A stretch of DNA of 63,543 bases, filler included, from Olpidium bornovanus S191 (taxonomy: Eukaryota; Fungi; Olpidiomycota): NCBI GenBank assembly GCA_017911155.1. It is 30 parts of 30 records of this genome, joined end to end, with 100 filler letters (N's around TTAATTAATTAA, not from the genome) between each part and the next. Parts side by side here need not be neighbours in the genome. Positions count along the whole stretch, not along the records: positions 33,420 to 34,851 come from JAEFCI010010720.1; positions 34,952 to 36,462 come from JAEFCI010006494.1; positions 36,563 to 37,618 come from JAEFCI010005534.1; positions 37,719 to 40,703 come from JAEFCI010002741.1; positions 40,804 to 44,779 come from JAEFCI010002697.1; positions 44,880 to 46,846 come from JAEFCI010002445.1; positions 46,947 to 48,332 come from JAEFCI010002924.1; 23 more parts are not named here. One strand, written 5' to 3'. Positions 34,375 through 47,650 of the stretch are shown here, one piece after another; positions within the stretch are counted from its first letter, which is position 1, and the number at the start of each line of letters is the position of its first letter. The position numbers were made by a program, and so were the translations under genes. The notes beneath the pieces were generated by a model. The model did not search any database. It saw only the letters and a list, made by a program, of their open reading frames with translations, and had not been told where the DNA came from.

Positions 34375-34851
34375 TCATCTCCGCCTTCCGGCGGCCCAGC
34401 TCCAGCTTCCGTCCCGCGCCGCAGACGCTGAAGGCTCCTCCGGGACAACCTCGACCACATCTCCGCTGACGCTGACGAGGCCGTACCCTACGCTCTTGAT
34501 GCTTTCCTCGAACAAGCTCTGGTCAACGCGGAGCCCCACGAGCGCGTTGCCGCCGAGACCTCCGACCTGTGCCCGCACGACTGCCAGAACTTCGGCCAGG
34601 AATTCGTGCACGAATCCGCCCAAACCCCCTGTCGGCGTCTCGCGCGACACGTGGGCCTCCTTGACAAAGTGCAGCGACAGCGTTCCCAAGTGCGCGGTCA
34701 CCCGGCAGCCGGGGACGAAGGAAAGCGGGGACATGTCCACAAACGGCGCCGACGAACCCGGCGGGGGCGGGCGGGCAAACGAGTCGTTCGTGCGGGTCAG
34801 CTGCAGCGGTATGCCCGCTTTGATATCTCTAGTGCCGCCCGTTCCGCTCGA
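34375..34851 (-). CDS. C2CD5: C2CD5/CDP138-like protein, C-terminal YbjQ-like region, 5' truncated
   Basis: MSPLSFVPGCRVTAHLGTLSLHFVKE..GGLGGFVHEFLAEVLAVVRAQVGGLGGNALV..GYGLVSVSGDVVEV. Confidence 0.7.
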   Translation of the reverse strand, partial: SSGTGGTRDIKAGIPLQLTRTNDSFARPPPPGSSAPFVDMSPLSFVPGCRVTAHLGTLSLHFVKEAHVSRETPTGGLGGFVHEFLAEVLAVVRAQVGGLGGNALVGLRVDQSLFEESIKSVGYGLVSVSGDVVEVVPEEPSASAARDGSWSWAAGRRR

Positions 34852-34952
34852 NNNNNNNNNNNNNNNNNNNNNNNNNNNNNNNNNNNNNNNNNNNNTTAAT
34901 TAATTAANNNNNNNNNNNNNNNNNNNNNNNNNNNNNNNNNNNNNNNNNNNNC

Positions 34953-35560
34953 ATGGTTCTAGACAAAGTGCGGGGTGAACTTGCTGAAAAGGAAAAACGC
35001 GCCGCAGAGGAGAGAGCTGCTAACGAACAACGTTTGAGCTGCATTGAACTTCTTCTGGAGCACCTTGTAACCGTACCGTGCGAAGAAAGAGCTGTTTACA
35101 GAGAGGAAGACCAAGACGCCGACGACGCAGACGCAAAAACCGATGGCGATGGCGCCGACAACAGGTTGACCGTTCCGAACGTGCAACCACGCACACGCGC
35201 ATGAACGCGCGAAAATGACGGCTTATGTGCACAAATTAACCAAAACACCGTCAGGCCCGACGGAAACTACGCTAAGTGTTATTCCATGGTAAAACCGCTG
35301 CTGTCTGACGTCCTGAAATACGACGGACACGGGGGGACACTAACCCTCAAAGTTTCTATCTCGAAGTTCGACACGTACGATCACCACTCCATAGGTCTCG
35401 TACCGGACGCTCTGAAACTGTCCCAAGTCGTAGGAAAGCTTGAAAAATCGGTGGCTTCGCTTTGGCTGAACCACGAAAAGCAGTACCCGCCAGGACACGC
35501 AAGCTGCTGGACGACATGGGCACAACTTCGAGAAGCACTGCGGAAGCATTTCTACTGTTG
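34953..35560 (+). mobile_element. Retrotransposon gag-like remnant (Ty3/gypsy capsid)
   Basis: A coiled-coil ORF (34953-35204) is followed by KYDG..DALKLSQVVGKLEKSVASLW..TTWAQLREALRKHF, a retrotransposon-gag-like pattern. Confidence 0.55.
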
Positions 35561-36589
35561 TGGGTGGTGTGTCCGGCAAAGGTTTCTTGTGTTTATTCGA
35601 AGAGGGGGGGCACCAGGAGTTTTACGTACAGGGGCCCCCCTCGATTGGGGGCCCAAACAATAAGGAAAGCGGGCGGTACATCGAGCTCGAGCGGTGGGTA
35701 TCGAAGTCGGGCGAAGAGCATCGGGATCGAGCGAAGGGCTTCGAGGTCGAGCGAGGGGTATTGAGATCGAGCGGAAACGTCGAGATAGAACGGAAAGTAT
35801 TGAGGTCGAACGGAAGGCATCGAGGTCGAACGGTACATCAATGGAAGGCGATGCGTTGGGCCGAGGAATGAGGGAATAATAGAGTGTCCACTACATCCAT
35901 TTAATAGTTTGTGATGCACCGCGCTCTGCGGCGCGTCGGGCGAACGTCCGGAGACCCGCCGGGGGCCTGTCGGTGCGAACGTCCGGCAACCCGCCGGGGG
36001 CCATGCGGGTAGAACCCCCGCTCGTCGGGGATTAATTCTCTGGCTGCTCAGGGCTTTCCCCTTTTTCCCCTTTGCCCCCCCGGGGACGCCACAACCAACC
36101 CCCCCGAAACCGCCTCAACCTCGCCGCAGGTCCCCCCCCGCAAGGTCAACGTCCTCACGACGAGGACGCATAGGAGTACCCGAGGCCAACCAAGACCGCT
36201 GTCGAGATCGAAACGCCTTGGTGGAGCCCTCTTGTCGTCGGGGAGAGTAGGGCGAAGGGCGATCGATGGGACAGGGGATGGGATGGCAGGTTGCGGAGCC
36301 GAACCCGCCGGGGGCTCGCGCGTAACAGAGGGGGGGGGGGGCAGGTTGCGAAAAGGGGGCAGGACGAGGGGAGACAGGAAGCTTCTTCTTCAAAGGTTGC
36401 AAAAGAACCAGCGCGCGGACGGACGCTTCTACTTCTGGCCCGACGGCACAAGAAAACGCTCGNNNNNNNNNNNNNNNNNNNNNNNNNNNNNNNNNNNNNN
36501 NNNNNNTTAATTAATTAANNNNNNNNNNNNNNNNNNNNNNNNNNNNNNNNNNNNNNNNNNNNAAATAGAAAAAAGAAGCGGGGGAAGGG

Positions 36590-36627
<38 letters not shown>

Positions 36628-37467
36628 CACTTTCCTTCCTGCCCTTCCCCCCTCCCCCCCCCCCCCCCCCCCCCCTTTTTCTCCCCCCCCCCCCCCCCCC
36701 CACACGACCCCCCTGCTCGTTCTGCTTTTTTTAATTTCACCTCGTTTCCTCGTTTCGCGCGTCGACCAAAGGCCAGGTCCGATTTCGCAAATTCTTGCTC
36801 GCTGACGTTTGGCGCAACAACACCCCTCGGGGCGGCGTCAACGATGAGGGGGGAATGGGGGGGGAGATGACGATGGCAATAACGGCAACAACGGGGGGAG
36901 GCGGCGTCCCGGCTCCACGGCAACTCTTTGCATTGTTTCGCTCCGTTTCACCAACTCCCATCAAGTCCTCGACTTCCTCGTTAGCTCCGTCAACCTTCTA
37001 CTACTGCCGCTTTCGCAGGCCGCGCCCCCCCAGCACCTGAATCTGCGCAGCCCTCTCGCCTGCTGAGCCCTTCCTCGGAGCGCATCAACACTAACCAAGG
37101 ATCAACAAACAGCCCTGTCGGCCTCATGGCCGGGACCGATTTCCCCCCCGGCTTATCCCATACAAGCGCCGGCCCGCCTGTCTTGACAGCGGATCTATTG
37201 ACCACATGTGACCCCGGGACATTTCCCGCTTCTCACTCCTTGACACGGGGCAGAGAACAACACTGTTCACCCCCGACGGACGTGACAGCGGCTCCCCAGC
37301 CGCCGGTCTCGGTACTATGCGCATATGTTTATCCTATGATGTGCCCCTTAATTTCCATGGTTGCCTTTACGTTCCGCATTTAACGAGCCCGGCCTCCTAC
37401 AAAATACAACAAAGGCTCCAAAACGACGGCGCGCGCGGGCGGGCAACCGTCTTCCACATCCCCTTTT

Positions 37468-37498
<31 letters not shown>

Positions 37499-37718
37499 CC
37501 CCCCCCCCCCCCCGTTCCTCGTCCGCCCCCAAAGCCCCAAAAATCGCCGTTCTGCGATTTGTCCGCTACGAGCAAGGCCAGGCGGATACCAGCCGCGCTA
37601 AAATGGCATTTCGGAAACNNNNNNNNNNNNNNNNNNNNNNNNNNNNNNNNNNNNNNNNNNNNTTAATTAATTAANNNNNNNNNNNNNNNNNNNNNNNNNN
37701 NNNNNNNNNNNNNNNNNN

Positions 37719-39760
37719 CATGCCAATCTGACCGAACCCAATTAAAGTCGCAAAAAAATATGCGGAAACGCTAATTGGAGACGGTGCAAAACCGAAACCG
37801 AGGAATCCGACAACGCCGATAAAGCCAGCTAGAGCTGTCGCTGATTGTCCGGAGCCCCTGAGCTGCAAAATGCGTGAGTACGTGGTGTGAAAACATTTTT
37901 TGAGGGGAAATTACTGGTTAAGCTTGCAAGAAGCCGTGTGGGCCCCTTATCCGCAAGGATACCTGATAATATTGCACAGGGCCAGATTCTTTAATAATAG
38001 GCGCAGATCGTAAAAGGCGGAATTTGCGTCGGGAGTTGTATTACCAAAAAGAGGGGCGCCGACAAGAGCACACGTTTGTGCAATGCCCGTCAAAATAGCC
38101 GCGTCGTGGTAGGCCTTCGCGCAAGACCGCTTGATGTCTCCAGTGGATTCAGTCTCCGGGTTCAGAGGACATAGCCCTATGCAACCAGTTGGATTCGAAG
38201 GTCAGCGACGACGCATCAGCAAACCTTCTCACCGGCGTTGTTCATTAGCTGCAATGGCGAAATCCGTCTTCGCGACACAAATACCGGACAAGAGAAGTAG
38301 CGTATCTAGCAATGGGCGCCCCCAGCGACGTCGCTCTCAATTCGGACCTTGCGTGATGTGCCAGTGGTTCACCCAGAGGGGCATGAACAGCGACACGACG
38401 ACGGAATCACCGCGTGCGACGAGGCCCCCGGCGTACGACAAACCGACTCGCCAGTTCCGCCCTCCCTCAAGCAGGCCCCCGCGCGCCGACACGTAGAAAC
38501 TGGTCGCGTTTTGTTCGCCAAAATACTGGCGCGCTCGGGTACGCGCCAGCGCCGAGGGTCGCAGCAAGAACCAGATTCCGATTGCGACGACGAGGGCGAG
38601 ACCGCCGCAGATGTAGTGCGTGGTGCGGAGTCCCGGCGCAAGCGAAACCGAAGCGTCCCTCGCGGAAAGCGTGGCCGGCATGGGGAGGAGAACGAACACC
38701 GCTTAGAGATATGAACCGCGGAGGGGGGTGTTAAGCGCTGAAGCCCAACGATCATGCGGCACCCGGATCGACGGCAAAAGCGCGACCTCACCAACAAGTG
38801 CGCCTGCGGTCAGGGGAAAACTCCAGATAAATCAGCTTTCTTGGAAGATTGGTCGTTCTCCCAACCCAATGAAACGCCGAGAAGCCGCCAACTTACCAAC
38901 ACCACTGCAAAGTCCGATCGTTCCTGTCAACTTCCCACTCCCGTGGGACGGCGCGTAGTCGCTCAACACAGCCGTCATCATCGAACTCGAGGCGGCCCCT
39001 CCAATGGCAAACAACAACCGGTAGAGCAAGTACTCGGGATACGCAGTTTTCGCCACTGTGTAAAGGACGATAGCGACGCCCATGATTGTGAAGCCGATTG
39101 TGTACACGATTCGACGCCCCACTCGGCCGGACAGTCCCCTGCCCGGAAAATCGTGAATAGAGAGAGAAAAAAAGAAAGTGAGATATTGAGCCGTCATCAA
39201 AGTAGACCTGCTCTTCCGGCATACCCCCAGACAACCACGAAAAGCATCCCAATGATCTCATCGTAGAACGATATAGACCCCGCGTTGTCGCCAAGTCCGT
39301 CCGTTTTGTCGATCAGGCTGCGAAGGAATGCAGCGTAGCGTTAGATTCCAGCGAGCCGGCATATAGCTGGCCGACCAATAGTGCCAACCGACAGCAGGCG
39401 TCTTCGGCATCGCTTTTTCGCTGAGATTTTGCAGAGGCAAGGTACCCACACCCACACTCTCCTACCCCGGCTCTCCACTCACTCCGAAAGGATGAAAGCC
39501 GACATGCTCGACGTGAATACGAGAAACGTGATGGTGAAGAGCACTGACAAGTGGAGCCCGACGACGTTTGCACGCGTGACGTGCTCCTTCACCGCGAAGA
39601 TCCCGAACAGGGTTTTCACACTGCCGTCGCGCCTGACAGGATCCCCGCGCGCTGCTCCTGCGGGCACCTGGGCCTCGACGGAACGGCGACCGTTGGCGCC
39701 TGCTGCCGGCGAGCCCGGACTTGCGCCCGCCTGGGCGTCGCTGTGAGACGAACCGCCCAT
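37719..39760 (-). CDS. Major facilitator superfamily transporter, multi-exon, 3' truncated
   Basis: Motif A-like LSGRVGRRIVYTIGF; YRLLFAIGGAASSSMMTAVLSDYA; ARGDSVVVSLFMPLWV; multiple hydrophobic helices. Confidence 0.85.
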
Positions 39761-40283
39761 GCTATCTACTCTGCTGTGTTTGATGGGGCGTGTGCGCGCG
39801 CGCGCGCGTGTGGCGCTGGGAATTTGTGCGGTGGGCGCACGAAACTGCCCCCGAGCGGCCACCCGAGAACAAACGCCACAGAGAGCCGGGGTCTCCCTCT
39901 CGCTGTGCCGTCCGACCAACCGCTCGCGGAAACGCGGCCCGTGGGCCTCGCGTCCGTACCCACGGCAACGAGGTCACCAACCTTTTTGACTGCGTTTCCC
40001 GCGCGTGACTTCTACCAGTCCACGCGGGCAATGCACTTTCTCTTTTACTTCCCCCGCGGCACGTGGCCGTTGCTGTAAGGAGAGCTCCGGGCAGGAAAGG
40101 ACGGCGTCGGGAACGGATCGCTTGCGAAGCCGATCGACTGCCCGGCCGAGCGGCAGGAGTGGTCGGCACCAAGCCCGTCGACGGCACTGGGCACCGAGCG
40201 AACCGGGGAGACACGTCAAGTCATTCCCGCTCTCGCAGCGATCGTAGAAAGAGCCTGACCGAGGCAGCCGCGACCGCTGCACG

Positions 40284-40594
40284 ATGGAAGACGAAGACGA
40301 GAATGACGTCCGGAGGGGTGGCCGGCGCTACTACGATCCGTATGCCCGATTCGACAAAGCTGCTTTGAACGAGGCCCGACGGTATTGTTGGCGTGCGCAC
40401 GGCTCTCGAGTTTGTTCTTTTCCAATTTTTTGGCGGCGATCGGTGGGCGGGGAGGACCCTTCTTTCATAGCGCCGAAGTAATCAAAACAAAGGTGCAGAA
40501 TTTACGGAATCGAAGCGCAGCCGCGAGCGCAGATTTGACGCGTTCGCAGTCGAAAAAAGCGACCGGCGTATCGCAGGGATTTTCAAGGATTTAA
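40284..40594 (+). CDS. Small hypothetical protein (about 74 aa), 2 exons
   Basis: Exons 40284-40381 and 40471-40594 join in phase 2 (GTATTG..CATAG): MEDEDENDVRRGGRRYYDPYARFDKAALNEARRAEVIKTKVQNLRNRSAAAS..*. Confidence 0.4.
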
Positions 40595-40803
40595 AGGAGT
40601 TTCACGAACACTTCGAAAGGAAATCACCGAGTTCTTCCTAGCGTCTACGTCTTTCACGGACCTCAAGGAGCCGCCGTCCACCAGTCTCGTAAGATGGCCC
40701 ATGNNNNNNNNNNNNNNNNNNNNNNNNNNNNNNNNNNNNNNNNNNNNTTAATTAATTAANNNNNNNNNNNNNNNNNNNNNNNNNNNNNNNNNNNNNNNNN
40801 NNN

Positions 40804-43043
40804 CATGAGCGCGGCGAACAGGAAATGGGACGCCGCCCAGACGTCACTGGGCGAAATATTCGCCACCCTACCACCACCTTGCGAAGGCCGGTCGCCTTGA
40901 ACCGCGCACCTCGGGAACACCAGCGGCAGCAGGATGGACGAGACCAGAGCGACAATCGCGAAAAGCAGCAGGGAGAAGGACCCGGCCCGAGTGGCCCTCT
41001 CGAAAAAATCTTCCGAACGCTCCATGTGTTCGCCACGGGCCATGACTTCTGTCACCCACGTCGTGCTGCATGGAATGAGCAAGAACAAGGGGACAAGGAG
41101 AGAAAAAGAAAGAAAAACGGGTCAACTCAGGACGAGTGCAACGCCGTCGACGGCCCGGGACGCGCGAATTATCGTTGCGGAAATTCTCGCGAAAACAGCG
41201 GCGAACTTTCCATGGCCCCAAAAACTAGGAAAAACTGGATATACGCGAATCGAGATGATCACCGCAACTGCATTGCACCCACGCGTGCAATCGTGGTAAA
41301 AGAGCATAATATGGCCCAGACGAACAGTTTCGCCAACCGTCGAGGCGCTCACCTATAGAAAAGTACTGGAAACCATCCGAACCAAGCAAAGAATTGTATA
41401 TTACAGACTTGCTGAACACGGTAAGGCATACGGCGGATAGTCTCTAATATTTCAATAAGTGCCGCGTGTGGTTTCCTGTTTGACAACCAAAAGCGTAAGT
41501 ACCCGCAGACCGTTTCAGCCCGAAGAGTCGTAGTGGCCGCTGACCTGCCTGACGCCACCTGGTACGCAACGACATCCGCTTCCATTTCTTTTACTGACAT
41601 CGATGTTATCAAGACGGTAAGGGACAGGATGCTGGCATTGGGCATGTGTCGGACAACTTGGCATCAGTATTTAGCTCGCCCCGGGCCGCAGACCAACTAG
41701 CACAGCGTAAAAAGTACGATGCTACGTTCCCGCGCACACACATCGAAGCCACCGAACATAACACAGAGACTTGTCCGTCGCCGAGGAACGGGAGCAATTG
41801 CGGGAGATCGAGGAAGCCGACAAAGTAACCGAAGACATTCCCCACGTTAATCATGCGGCTTGCCCACGAGTTCGCTAGTCCCTGCTGGTGAGCAGGCGCG
41901 GAATCCAGAATTAGCGCACGGCAGGAAGCCTGTACGGTGTTGAGGCTGAAGTCCAGAATGTAAAAGCCAACGACGGCGAGCATGGACGCCGCGTGGCGCG
42001 TCTGCGGAGTTGGGACGCCACCAGTCAGCGTAGGCTGCGGCGGTGGGCTCGCACGGATTGAAGCCCAGTCCCTGACAGGAAAAGATTAAGCACATACGGC
42101 TTCCGCGACGTCGCTCTGTGGATGGTGCACCGGCATGTCTAAAACGACGACGACCAGATAGAAAGCGAGCTGCCGCGCGAACCCGATGACCATCAGTGAC
42201 GCGACCACCATTGCTGCACCGACCAGCATGAAGGGGCGCCTGCGGCCCAAACGGCTTCGAAGGTGGTCGCTGTAAGCGCCAATAAGCGGAGCAACCAGTA
42301 ACCCTTTCGACGTCGAAAACCAACAAGAAGGCAACGCCAAGGGTCCCAACGGCCGAGCGAAAATAACGTCACGCAGATATCAAAGAGAATAATAGAAAAA
42401 GAGCCACGGGTACATTGAAGTCGAAAAAACGAGAATTTTTCGAAAGAACGGAAGGATTTAATGCGTGGAAAGAGGTTGAATGGCGAAGAAGGAGTGCGTT
42501 TAGTAAGTAAGCGCAAAAACGTGGCGACAAATTGTAGATTATCATATCCAAACGGAGTCAGACTCGTGCGAAGTTTGCCCGGCGGGTCACCTCACCTGAC
42601 AGAGGGCCCGCCAACCAAACAAGCGACATCAGCGGCTTGCTAAGGCCCAAATCAAGCAGGTACGGCGATCCATAGGCAAACTCCACGGTCCCTGAGTCAG
42701 GAAAACTTGCAACACGTTACGGCCGCCCTGTCGTCGCTTAACCGGTTCCCCGGCGAGACGCAAACCCACAGGTGAACTGAACGCCGGCCAGGGACAGCGA
42801 ACACAGGAAGATTCTCCAGTTTGACAACTCTCCCCGGTCGAACGCCGCGGTAGTCCTTGTCAGGGACCGGGAAACACTTTCCTCTAGGCCGTAAGGCCTT
42901 ACATTCGCAGGAGAGTGCACCGCTTCCGACGATTTCGCGGGCGACTGACGTGCTGCCCGCGAGCTCCGCAGCGCGCCGTACCCATTCACCTTGTTGCTTT
43001 TCGGCAAGGGCGTCTTGGCTGGGCTATGCTTTTGCGACAACAT
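40804..43043 (-). CDS. Sucrose/alpha-glucoside:H+ symporter-like (GPH/SLC45/Sut1 family), 3' truncated
   Basis: SLAGVQFT; GLLVAPLIGAYSDHLRSRLGRRRPF; FYILDFSLNTVQASCRALILD; ANSWASRMINVGNVFGY; QFFAWFGWFPVLFY|STTWV; ATRAGSFSLL. Confidence 0.85.
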
Positions 43044-44895
43044 GACGAGGTGTACCGCGGCCTGCTCGGGGTGGCCACAAATCGGACGTTCGCGGAAGTT
43101 GGGACACGAAAGCGGGCTAGCCTTTAAAAAGGTTTGAAGAGAGAGGCAACGCGGGAAGAAAAACCACTTCCATTGAGCGAGCCGTCGCTCGCTTCCAGGG
43201 TAGCGTCCGTTGGCCCCACGTCGGGTCGTGTTTTCCTTTTTTCCTTTTCTTTTCTTTTTCCGTTTTCTTTTCGAATCAAAAGTCCGCAGCTGTTCTTTCC
43301 CGAGTCTGCAAAACGCGAATACTCCGCTGATTTGCCGCCCGACCGCAGCCCCGCAGCAGGTGTTCCCGCCGTCGTCTCCTCGTCACGCGCCGGCCCGGCC
43401 CCGCCGTTGACGCGCTGTGCGCGTGCGCATGCGTGTGCGGGGTAGAGGGTTCGCTCGGGGCTTCCTCCGAAGACGCCCCGCGCCGACGCTCGTTTGACAG
43501 GCGCGCAGCCGGCGCCGCGCCGCCGTGCTTTTCGCACCTTTGGCAACGTCGACCTGACGTGTTCGCTGCCGACGGGCGGCCCCGTCCTCCTCGTCGCTTA
43601 ACGGCGGCGTGCAGGTTGACGTCGCAAACGTACGGCAGGGGCGTTGACCTCTACATAGAAGTCGTTGCAAAACAGCAGCGCCTTGATCTGTGGCCGCGAG
43701 GTGCCCTCCTCCCGGCCGTGTGTATTTGCACCGCGGCGGCCGCCTGTCGCGCTGTTGCGGGGTCCGTCGACGGGCGCCAGTACCTGGGTACAAAGCGGCT
43801 ACAACCGTGTCAGACGGCCCACGCGGCCCTGTAGCGCCTCCTCTGGGCTACGAAGTCCGGCAACTATATATGGTAACCCCGCCTCTTCGGCCGTTAATCG
43901 TCCACGGACCCAGATGGAGAAGCGCTGGCATCAGGATCGCTCATCCGATTGCCTTCCCTGTGGTTTATTTGAGAAAATTTGCGGCACGGTACGTTGACCC
44001 CGAGGCATATGGGACAGCGCGAAAGCTGGCCCAGGCGGCGGTTTGACCGCCATGCACTCCCCAAGGAGCACGGTACCCCATCGCAAAGGACATAGACAGG
44101 TTCAAGGCGTTGGCAGATCACTTCCGATTCAACGCGGGCAAAGTGCCAGAAACGGTCAAGTGGTCTCGGGTCTGCATGAGACCATACCATCGTTTGAGCA
44201 TTAAATCGCAGGCTGCCGCTGGGGGCTGACGGTACCACGGTTAATGGGTTTCTGGACAAACTGTACCGTTCCCGAGGGAGCTCGCCGACCTGCCTGGCCC
44301 ACAAGGAGAGGTGGATTTATATCACCTCGGGAGGCGGTACGTGTTCCGTGTACTCGCAGTGTTCTAGCACAACTTAGGTAACGTCTCATATTCTGAACTG
44401 AGAAAAGTCGAAGGCTTAAAAGATAATTCGAAGGTCTTCCGGTTCCGGACATCCGAAGTCTCCAAGGCGGCCGGTACTGCAGCGACGCGCTGCAAACCTC
44501 GGCTTTTTTTTGTGTGTCAGTGAAGAGGGCCTGGCGGGTGTGCGGGGAGGCACCGAAATATACCGAAGCAGAGTGTTTTCCACTTTCTGTTTGGCGGCGG
44601 CCAACAAAACAAGCACGAAACCCTTCCCCCCTCCTCAACCAAGATCCGGGAGACGGAAGCAGAGCCGAAGGAGGACTCTATTGGAACCCGTAGAGGAGCC
44701 GTCCTCCCGCTGTCCACTTCTAGTCTTTTAATAATGGGGGCTACTTTGCGTGATTACGGGGGTTTAGCAGGCTCGCATGNNNNNNNNNNNNNNNNNNNNN
44801 NNNNNNNNNNNNNNNNNNNNNNNTTAATTAATTAANNNNNNNNNNNNNNNNNNNNNNNNNNNNNNNNNNNNNNNNNNNNCCCCCGAAAAAAAAAA

Positions 44896-44930
<35 letters not shown>

Positions 44931-45937
44931 CTGCAGCAGCTTCAGGCCTTGCCGTCACGCGGCGATGACGGGTTAGCGGGGAAAAGGGGAGGGGGGTGGA
45001 AGCTCCAGCAACAGCGAAGTGGGGAGAAACGGTTCTTTCGCGCGGCCGAACTCGAACGGAAGGCCCTGAAGACAGAAAACTGGATTTTTTTTTCTTTATT
45101 GTGTGTGTGGTTCGGCAGAGCCGGCCGGAGCGCGGGGGGAAAGGTAGCGGGAGAGGAAGGAAAGCGCGCTCGCAATTCTGCCAGCCGCCTCCTGCCGGTC
45201 AAAACAGGGCAGAGCGGCACAAGCTCTTTTGTAGGTCGCGGGCGGGCGCGAGTGTTGCGTATCGGAGGGGAAAACAAAAAAAAAAAAAAAAAAAAAAAAA
45301 CCCTCCCCGGCAGAAGAAAAATGCCGAACGCACGACGTCAACCCCCCTCCCCAACACCCTCCTTCTCAAAAACTCCCCTAATTCTCGTGACGTCCCACAC
45401 GCAGTGTTTTTTTTTTTTTTTTGGAGGGGCGGGGATCCGGCGTGACATTAGATCTGTGGGGAAATCCCGGTTTAGCGCGATCCACGGGGACGAGGTGGAA
45501 AAAGCCTCTCCGGTCCCAGGCGTTCGCGCGCCTGTTTTCGGGCGACGAGAAAGCAGCTCCCGCCCCCACCCCCTCATACAATAATCCCCCGCGGCCCATC
45601 CAGACGCAAGCCCTAGGGGCCTCTGCCGCGGCAGCACCAAATGTCGCAAAAACCTGGGCTCTTTCCGAGTTTTGATATTTTGACCGTGCCCCCATTCCCA
45701 CCCCCTCTTTCCCCCATGAGGATGTCCGCGGTCGGCCTGTGGTAGCCGGCCTTTACCTGCAAAAATAAAAGAAAAAAAAAAAGAGATTCTGCCGGCACAT
45801 GGGATATTGATGATGCGTATCCAGAGCGTGCATCGGGTTCTAAAGGTCGTGGGACGAAACGGTAAAGCCGGTTTCACGTGGATTTGGAGTATGCTCCCCC
45901 CGGTTAAAACGGACTAAAGGCTCCGACGGCGAACTGC

Positions 45938-46846
45938 TCAGTCGTTGCCGGCTGGCATTTGCACGTCTTTTATGAGCAGCTCGTCTTTCAGCTGGACTGC
46001 AATGCCAAGGGAGGGAAGAAGAAGAATTGCGCGATTTAGATCAATACAAGCCGCCCTGATATATCGTTCGGGGCCTATACCGCTGGCGGCGCAAGTTTAC
46101 ACGGGGAGCCGGGAAGGGAGAACGAGCGCGGTCGGGGTAACGGAGAAGAGACGACGTAACCCACCGTCTGCCGGCACAGTGTACCCGGGACCGACGACAC
46201 ACTGCGTCAGGCTGCACCCGCTCTCGACGACAGCGTTGCTGCCTATGATGCAACCGGTGATGGTGACGTTTTTGCCGAGCTTCACGTGATCCATTACCAC
46301 GCTTTTGTCGACCTTGACGTTCTCAGCCAGCTCGACGTGGTCGCCGATCGTCGACCGTTTCACGCTTGACCGCGGTCCCACCGTCGTGCTGTCGCCCACG
46401 AGCGAGTCTGACCCGATTTGGGTCTACGGGGCAAGGCGGGTAGCGCACGCGGAGGGCCGGCGTTAACGGCAAACTGCCCCAAAGGCCCGTGTGCCCGGAG
46501 GCCGCGAACCACGGGGAAGGCGTTTTCGGAGCCACACATCGACCGCTTCGGCCGCGTACCTTCTGCTCGGAGATCTTGGCGGTCTCGGCGATGCGGACCG
46601 CTGTATACTTGGACATCTGGCGGGCGTTCGCAAATGACTTCAGTCTGCGGCCCGTGTCTAAAAGCGCTTATGACATCTTCGTCCCAAACAACTGCAGGAC
46701 AGTCGCCGCACCAGCCTGTTCATGTCATGATATCCGCTAATGTGGTTCGCCCGCCCGCACTTCGCCCGTTTCTCGGTGTGCAACCCCGTTAACTCCGCCG
46801 TGGCCCCCGGACGAGCGATATGGATGCGGCAGTACACGCCCTGTTC
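45938..46846 (-). CDS. GCD1: Translation initiation factor eIF2B gamma subunit, C-terminal left-handed beta-helix, 5' truncated
   Basis: YHDMNR; RIAETAKISEQ; VGDSTTVGPRSSVKRSTIGDHV..SVVMDHV..GCIIGSNAVV..CVVGPGYTV; last exon VQLKDELLIKD..*. Confidence 0.7.
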
Positions 46847-47650
46847 NNNNNNNNNNNNNNNNNNNNNNNNNNNNNNNNNNNNNNNNNNNNTTAATTAATT
46901 AANNNNNNNNNNNNNNNNNNNNNNNNNNNNNNNNNNNNNNNNNNNNCATGTGGGTTGCAGACAGTCACGCTAGACGGCAGTGACTCTGCGAAAAGTATCC
47001 CGGCCTGCCTTATGCCGGCCGGACACTGCCAGTTGCCCTGCCGTTGTCCTGCCCCGGTCGTAGGACGGCGGAGCTCCAGCGGCTGCGAGACCATATCCAA
47101 AAATGGAACGGGCAAGTTGTGTGCCCTAAAATTGCGTGGACAGGGCGCCGCGCGCGGAAGCCGACGATGTCGGCGAGCTTTGGGGGCGGGAGGGGTGATG
47201 CGCTGTAGCCTAATCCGGACGCGCGCCTCCTGGACAATACGGCGGCTTGGGTTTTCACAAATCCGAAAAATCGGACGATCTATGTCGGCCACGGCGGCAA
47301 ATTCCAGAACGGCTGAGGGACGCGAACGGGTTGTGAAGCCCCGCTTCATTTGTTCCAGCGCGGGAGGAAAGACGTCTGCTGGCTGTTCTGCCGTGGGGGG
47401 ACTGGGCAGCAGCGCGGCGCGCTTGATCTAAAAATGGACTCTACATTGTCGTATTAGGCTTACGTGTCGGGACGAACGAGGTGTAAAATACCGCGTTTTA
47501 AGGCGCGCGGAGGGAGACGCGTAAGTGTGGCGCCATATTTGAAAACATGACAGCGGACCACGGACAATCCGGCACAAAAAAGGCAATAAGATTGAGCTGT
47601 CGAGCCCGACCCTGTCGCTATAGCCGGCACCCAGAGAAACCAACGTCAGG

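Noticed and set aside
35910-36110. Short LTR starting TGTGATG with CGAACGTCCGG repeats
   Set aside because: No clear TATA box, terminal CA or TSD; too weak to call.
37719-43043. Apparent gene clusters (MFS next to SUT; also TAF5/TAF6 and the ribosomal genes)
   Set aside because: The genes lie on different contigs joined arbitrarily, so linkage cannot be inferred.
43400-44300. Possible minus-strand gene upstream of the SUT-like transporter
   Set aside because: Exon-like pieces (RFSIWVRGRL.., QIKALLFCNDFYVEV) could not be tied to a family or a verified start.
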